Assembly (NCBI GenBank): GCA_043228905.1
Contig: JBHGNT010000002.1
Location: forward strand, 24,738,001-24,802,000
DNA length: 64,000 nucleotides
Reading direction: 5' to 3'
DNA from: Azolla caroliniana
Lineage: Eukaryota > Plantae > Polypodiophyta
The translations under genes were made by a program, and so were the position numbers. The first letter of the stretch is position 1; each line of letters opens with the position of its first letter. The notes beneath the pieces are model-generated. The model searched no databases. It had not been told where the DNA came from and was given only the letters and a program-made list of their open reading frames with translations. Positions 62,201-64,000 of this stretch are shown piece by piece.

Positions 62201-63220
62201 CGGCTCCGACCAAAGAAGATCGAGGAAGGCGACTGGGTGTTAGTCTACGACAGCAGCCTCGACAACCAACACCGAGCAACACGGAAGTTCGCAAGAAGGT
62301 GGTTCGGGCCTTACGTGGTACAAAGCGCCAACGACAACGGGACGTACCATCTGGCGGAACTCGACGACACGAGAATGGCGATACCGGTAGCTGGGAAGCG
62401 GATCAAAGCGTTCAAGAAGCGTCACGACGACGAGCCAGATCCGGTTAACCTAAACCGCGACGACGAACGATCCGAAACCGAGGACGAACCGACGGGCGGG
62501 GAATGAAGACTAGACCGGTTTTCTCCGTCCCAACTCAATTGGCGCATGCCGGTGGATGCGCGGTTAGGTGGGGGCGGATGTCGTGAAGAAAACCGTTCAC
62601 AAGCGGAATCGGTGCACCGGAGCGTAGGAACCGGCTCTTCATGCACATACACCTTATGTTGTACATAAGAGAGAATTAGGTACATAGAAAATCCTAGGTA
62701 GGTAGATTCGGTAGGTAGGAAGTTAATGGGAAACGGCTCCTTTCTTGCCTATAAAAGGAGGGAGACGGGGAGGAGAAAAGGGGGATCACGGTTAGAGAGG
62801 ACGAAGTGTTGTCGGGTTGTCGGCCGAAGGCTTCTCTCACTTCCATACTCCGTAGCTTCTTCCTGTGTAGGTTTTCGGGAGGCTCGCGCTGCTCTGAGGA
62901 ATGCCCGAGTGCTTCTGGCAGCACCTCCAACCTACTCCTTTCTTTCTGAGCGTTTACGAACAGGCATCGGCATCTGTTCGCCGGCCTGCTCGGTTGTAAC
63001 CGACTTCGTGCTTCTTGTTGTTTGTCCTGGTTAATATATATATACATACATTCGTGTCTCTCTGCGTCGGTGTCCCACTCGCGTCTTTGTGTCGAAGGGC
63101 CGTGTCCCTGTGAATCTACGCTCGCACGTAGTGGGTCTCTTTTCCTTTCTCTCTTGCTCTTCGGTACAGGACCCCCGAGGTCCCGCCTCATTCCACGCAT
63201 CCGCGAGGAATACCTCGACA
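56228..63220 (+). mobile_element. Gypsy copy F, full length but with non-matching flanks (probable recombinant)
   Basis: LTRs at 56228-56874 and 62579-63220. The left flank is GCGC (inside the E LTR) and the right flank is ACGG (inside a Copia). The U5 regions of the two LTRs differ. Confidence 0.93.
56918..62506 (+). pseudogene. Copy F gag-PR / pol with a frameshift (about 57438) and stops (60752, 62126)
   Basis: Same motifs as B and D; slippery site at 59036. Confidence 0.9.
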
Positions 63221-63222
63221 AC

Positions 63223-64000
63223 GGGGTCATGAAGTTCAGCAAAGGGAGCCTGATTGTGGCTCGGGCCCGGAAGGTAAACACGCTGTACCTGATGAATGCC
63301 TGGTTATGTCCGGAAGAAGTGAACGTGGCATCCAACACTGCCGGTGAGCTATGGCACAAGAGGCTATGTCATATGAGCGAGAAGGGGATGAAGAGGCTTG
63401 CAGACGACAACCTCATTCCAGTGAAGAACGTGCACTTAGAGAAGTGCACTGATTGTCTGGCCGGTAAGCAGAACCGGACCTCCTTCCGACCAAGGCCACC
63501 GATGAGACGTAATGCACCACTGGAGTTGGTGCATTCGGATGTGTGTCAAGTAGACACGAAGTCACATGCCGGAGCGCAGTACTTCGTGACGTTCATAGAT
63601 GACCACAACCGGAAGCTGTGGGCCACACCATTGAAGACGAAGGATCAGGTGTTATCCGTCTTCAAAGAGCTCCACGCGAGAGTCGAAAGAGAAACCGGCC
63701 GGAAGCTGAAGGCGGTTCGAGCAGACAACGGAGGAGAATACCGGGGGCAGTTCGAGGAGTACTGCCGCTCGAAGGGAATCCAGCTCGAATTTACCGTGCC
63801 GAAGACGCCGGAACTAAACGGACTGGCCGAGAGGATGAACCAGACCATAATGGAGAGGGTCCGGAGTATGCTAGTGCATGCAAAACTACCCAAGAAGTTT
63901 TGGGCTGAGGCACTGTCGACGACGACATATGTGATAAACAGATCACCCTCAGTACCCTTGGACGGAGACACGCCACAGAGAGTATGGACCGGTAAGGAAG
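63223..64000 (+). mobile_element. Ty1/Copia GAG-pre-integrase and integrase core, open to the window end
   Basis: Manual translation gives LWHKRLCHMSEKG..CTDCLAGKQ, LELVHSDVC, YFVTFIDD, RADNGGEY, NGLAERMN and FWAEA with no stop. Confidence 0.92.

Noticed and set aside
53085-63224. ACGG on both sides of 53089-63220 as the TSD of one 10-kb composite element
   Set aside because: The left flank is Copia RT (..SLYG) and the right flank is pre-integrase sequence, so they do not rejoin. The match is better explained by the N-CG-N preference.
28789-63359. Many long antisense and alternative-frame ORFs in the Gypsy nest and its LTRs
   Set aside because: These are expected in GC-rich coding DNA. Their ends vary between copies and they show no recognisable domains.

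Overview
Eukaryotic, plant-type genomic DNA. A seed-free plant such as a fern is suggested by the transposon lineages, but this is inference. The AT-rich left end (1-8 kb) holds two convergent two-exon paralogues of a plant TPR-like protein family. The rest is almost all retrotransposon. It contains a full-length L1-type LINE with a 16-bp TSD (8052-14355), a Copia with paired LTRs but no RT/RNase H (16347-20404), a minus-strand chromodomain Gypsy with an apparent self-priming PBS and a tRNA-like segment in its LTR (21300-26954), and decayed RTE-like and Copia remnants. A CpG-rich 34.5-kb nest (28716-63220) is made of six same-strand copies (A-F) of one non-chromodomain Ty3/Gypsy family. That family is the most interesting system here. 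It has a tRNA-Trp PBS and 4-bp target sites centred on CpG (N-CG-N at six of seven visible target sites, the seventh being CTGG). It also has a Gag-PR / RT-RH-INT split joined by a conserved G-GAU-UUU -1 slippery site followed by a covarying H-type pseudoknot. All alignments and difference counts were done by eye; no database searches were run.
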